A stretch of DNA of 63,964 bases, counting the filler, from Pseudovirgaria hyperparasitica (lineage: Eukaryota), in NCBI GenBank assembly GCA_010093815.1. It is 17 parts of 16 records of this genome, joined end to end, with 100 filler letters (N's around TTAATTAATTAA, not from the genome) between each part and the next. Parts side by side here need not be neighbours in the genome. Positions count along the whole stretch, not along the records: positions 62,495 to 63,964 come from ML996674.1; 16 more parts are not named here. One strand, given 5' to 3'. Position numbers and translations under genes: made by a program. Positions 62,495 to 63,964 of this stretch are shown in pieces; the first letter of the stretch is position 1; each line of letters starts with the position of its first letter. The notes beneath the pieces are model-generated. The model searched no databases. It was given only the letters and a program-made list of their open reading frames with translations, and was not told the origin of the DNA.

Positions 62495-63964
62495 CCCTAA
62501 TAATAAGATTCTAGATTATAGTATAGAGCCTTAGAATACCCTTATTACTCTTTCTAAATTATCTATATCCCTAGATAATAATAAGGATACGAATATAGAA
62601 TATAGTTACGATGTTATTAGCGACGAAGGTTCTATTACTAGCCCTATTACTAATATATATATACTTCTAATATTATCTAAAGTCTACTCTAGTATTCTAT
62701 CCCCTTTACTACCCTCTATATAGAATCTAATACTTAGTAATAACTATCTAAATCTTTAACCCGTCGACTATAACCGCTACGTTAAAGATTATAAAAGATT
62801 CTATAATCTCTAGAATATTATATATTCGGAACTATCTCTCTAATAATAGTATATCTATATATAGATAACGGATATACTTAGGGCTTAGTTTCTACTTTAC
62901 GGCTATAGAGGAGCTAGAAAGAGCTATTTATAGCTTTATCTACTACTAGCTATACTTCTAATTAACGAAATAAACGGTGCTTCTATTATTGCTTATACTA
63001 CTAAGGTAGTTATTCTATCTAGCAATATAATAGCGTACCTCCCTATACTAGGTTCCATCTAAATATATAGAATATATATATATATTATTATTAGCCTAAC
63101 TAACGAAACCTATAACGACGCTATAAGAAAAGTATATAAATATATAAGTAATATATTTACTTACTATAAGTCTCTAAAGATACTAGTTATTCTTTAAAGA
63201 TACCCCGAAGCCGTTAATTAAGAGGTTTTCTTTACTATAGCTAGACTATCTTATTATAGCGACCCTCTTATCGGGCTAACCTAGAATAATATAATAGATA
63301 GTACTATCCTCGCGTAAGTCTAGGCCGACTATAGTAAATAACTATTAGAATATAGCACGGATCCCCGTGCTTATCTATAGGAACTATATACTAGTTATAT
63401 TATACTTAAGGTTATTAGACTTATTAAATCTCGATACTAATATAAATAGATCTCTAAGAATTTTAAGAAAGAAACGGCTTAGCTATTATATACTATCTAT
63501 AAATATTATACTTATAATAAGGATATATCTAAGAAGAAGTATAATAGGATAAATGAGCTATACCTCGCTATCTAGGACCTAGTTACTATCTACGCCTAGA
63601 TTTATATAGAGACCCTATATATTATAAATATTACTAAGGTAGCCCGTAATATATATCTAATTTTAGTTATAATAGAAGAGGCTACGCGTATTCTTAAAAG
63701 TAATACACTTAGAATTATTATTAATTATACTACTATAGAATAGTAACTAACATTTATTTATATTAGTAACCTACGCTAGCTCGATACCTACTAGCGTAAT
63801 AGTACTAATATATAGACCGCGAACTAGAGGATCTCCTTTATAAAGCGCTAGATATAATATAGTTTCCCGACTACTCGCCTTACCAAGTTAGAACGCTTAG
63901 TTTCTAGAATAATAAATATTATATTACTAATTACTTACTTAGACAAGCTAATAACCTCGCTCTA
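62495..63964 (+). pseudogene. Heavily RIP-mutated superfamily-1 (Upf1/DNA2/NAM7-like) helicase
   Basis: In order: LLYGYRGARKSYL (~62894; de-RIP LLHGCGGAGKS, Walker A), IIISLTNETYNDAIRK (motif Ia, SPTNxxCDD), VIIEEATRIL (Walker B, ~63666), YISNLR*L (de-RIP IGDPRQL, motif III), ...LERL. Confidence 0.7.

Noticed and set aside
63367..63552. Ile/Leu/Tyr-rich ORF
   Set aside because: By-product of RIP-mutated AT-rich sequence.

Overview
Fungal (filamentous ascomycete) DNA, and not one contiguous locus. It is 17 small contigs joined by 16 artificial 100-nt N...TTAATTAATTAA...N spacers, mostly in descending size order, so adjacency across spacers carries no biological meaning. The content looks like accessory/unplaced genome. 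(1) RIP-mutated transposons: a Tad1-like LINE, Gypsy LTR elements and a RIP-destroyed SF1/Upf1-type helicase. (2) Starship-associated genes: DUF3723 and a ferric reductase-like gene, plus a lipase-NB-ARC-TPR NLR and MYB fragments. (3) Extra, divergent copies of core regulators: a Skp1/BTB-like gene, a velvet-domain pseudogene, a Zn2Cys6-family TF lacking its N-terminus, and C2H2 TFs. (4) A DCR2-like metallophosphoesterase, an ankyrin protein, and many short gene fragments (BCS1 AAA, FunK1 kinase, MFS, HeLo-like). Across contigs there is a patchwork of shared modules joined at microhomologies. It includes a filled versus empty site pair for a 3.3-kb C2H2-TF cassette, two recurrent hairpin families, and a GCCAAG-containing motif that forms inverted repeats around an orphan gene. 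All family calls come from motif recognition by eye; no database search was run.
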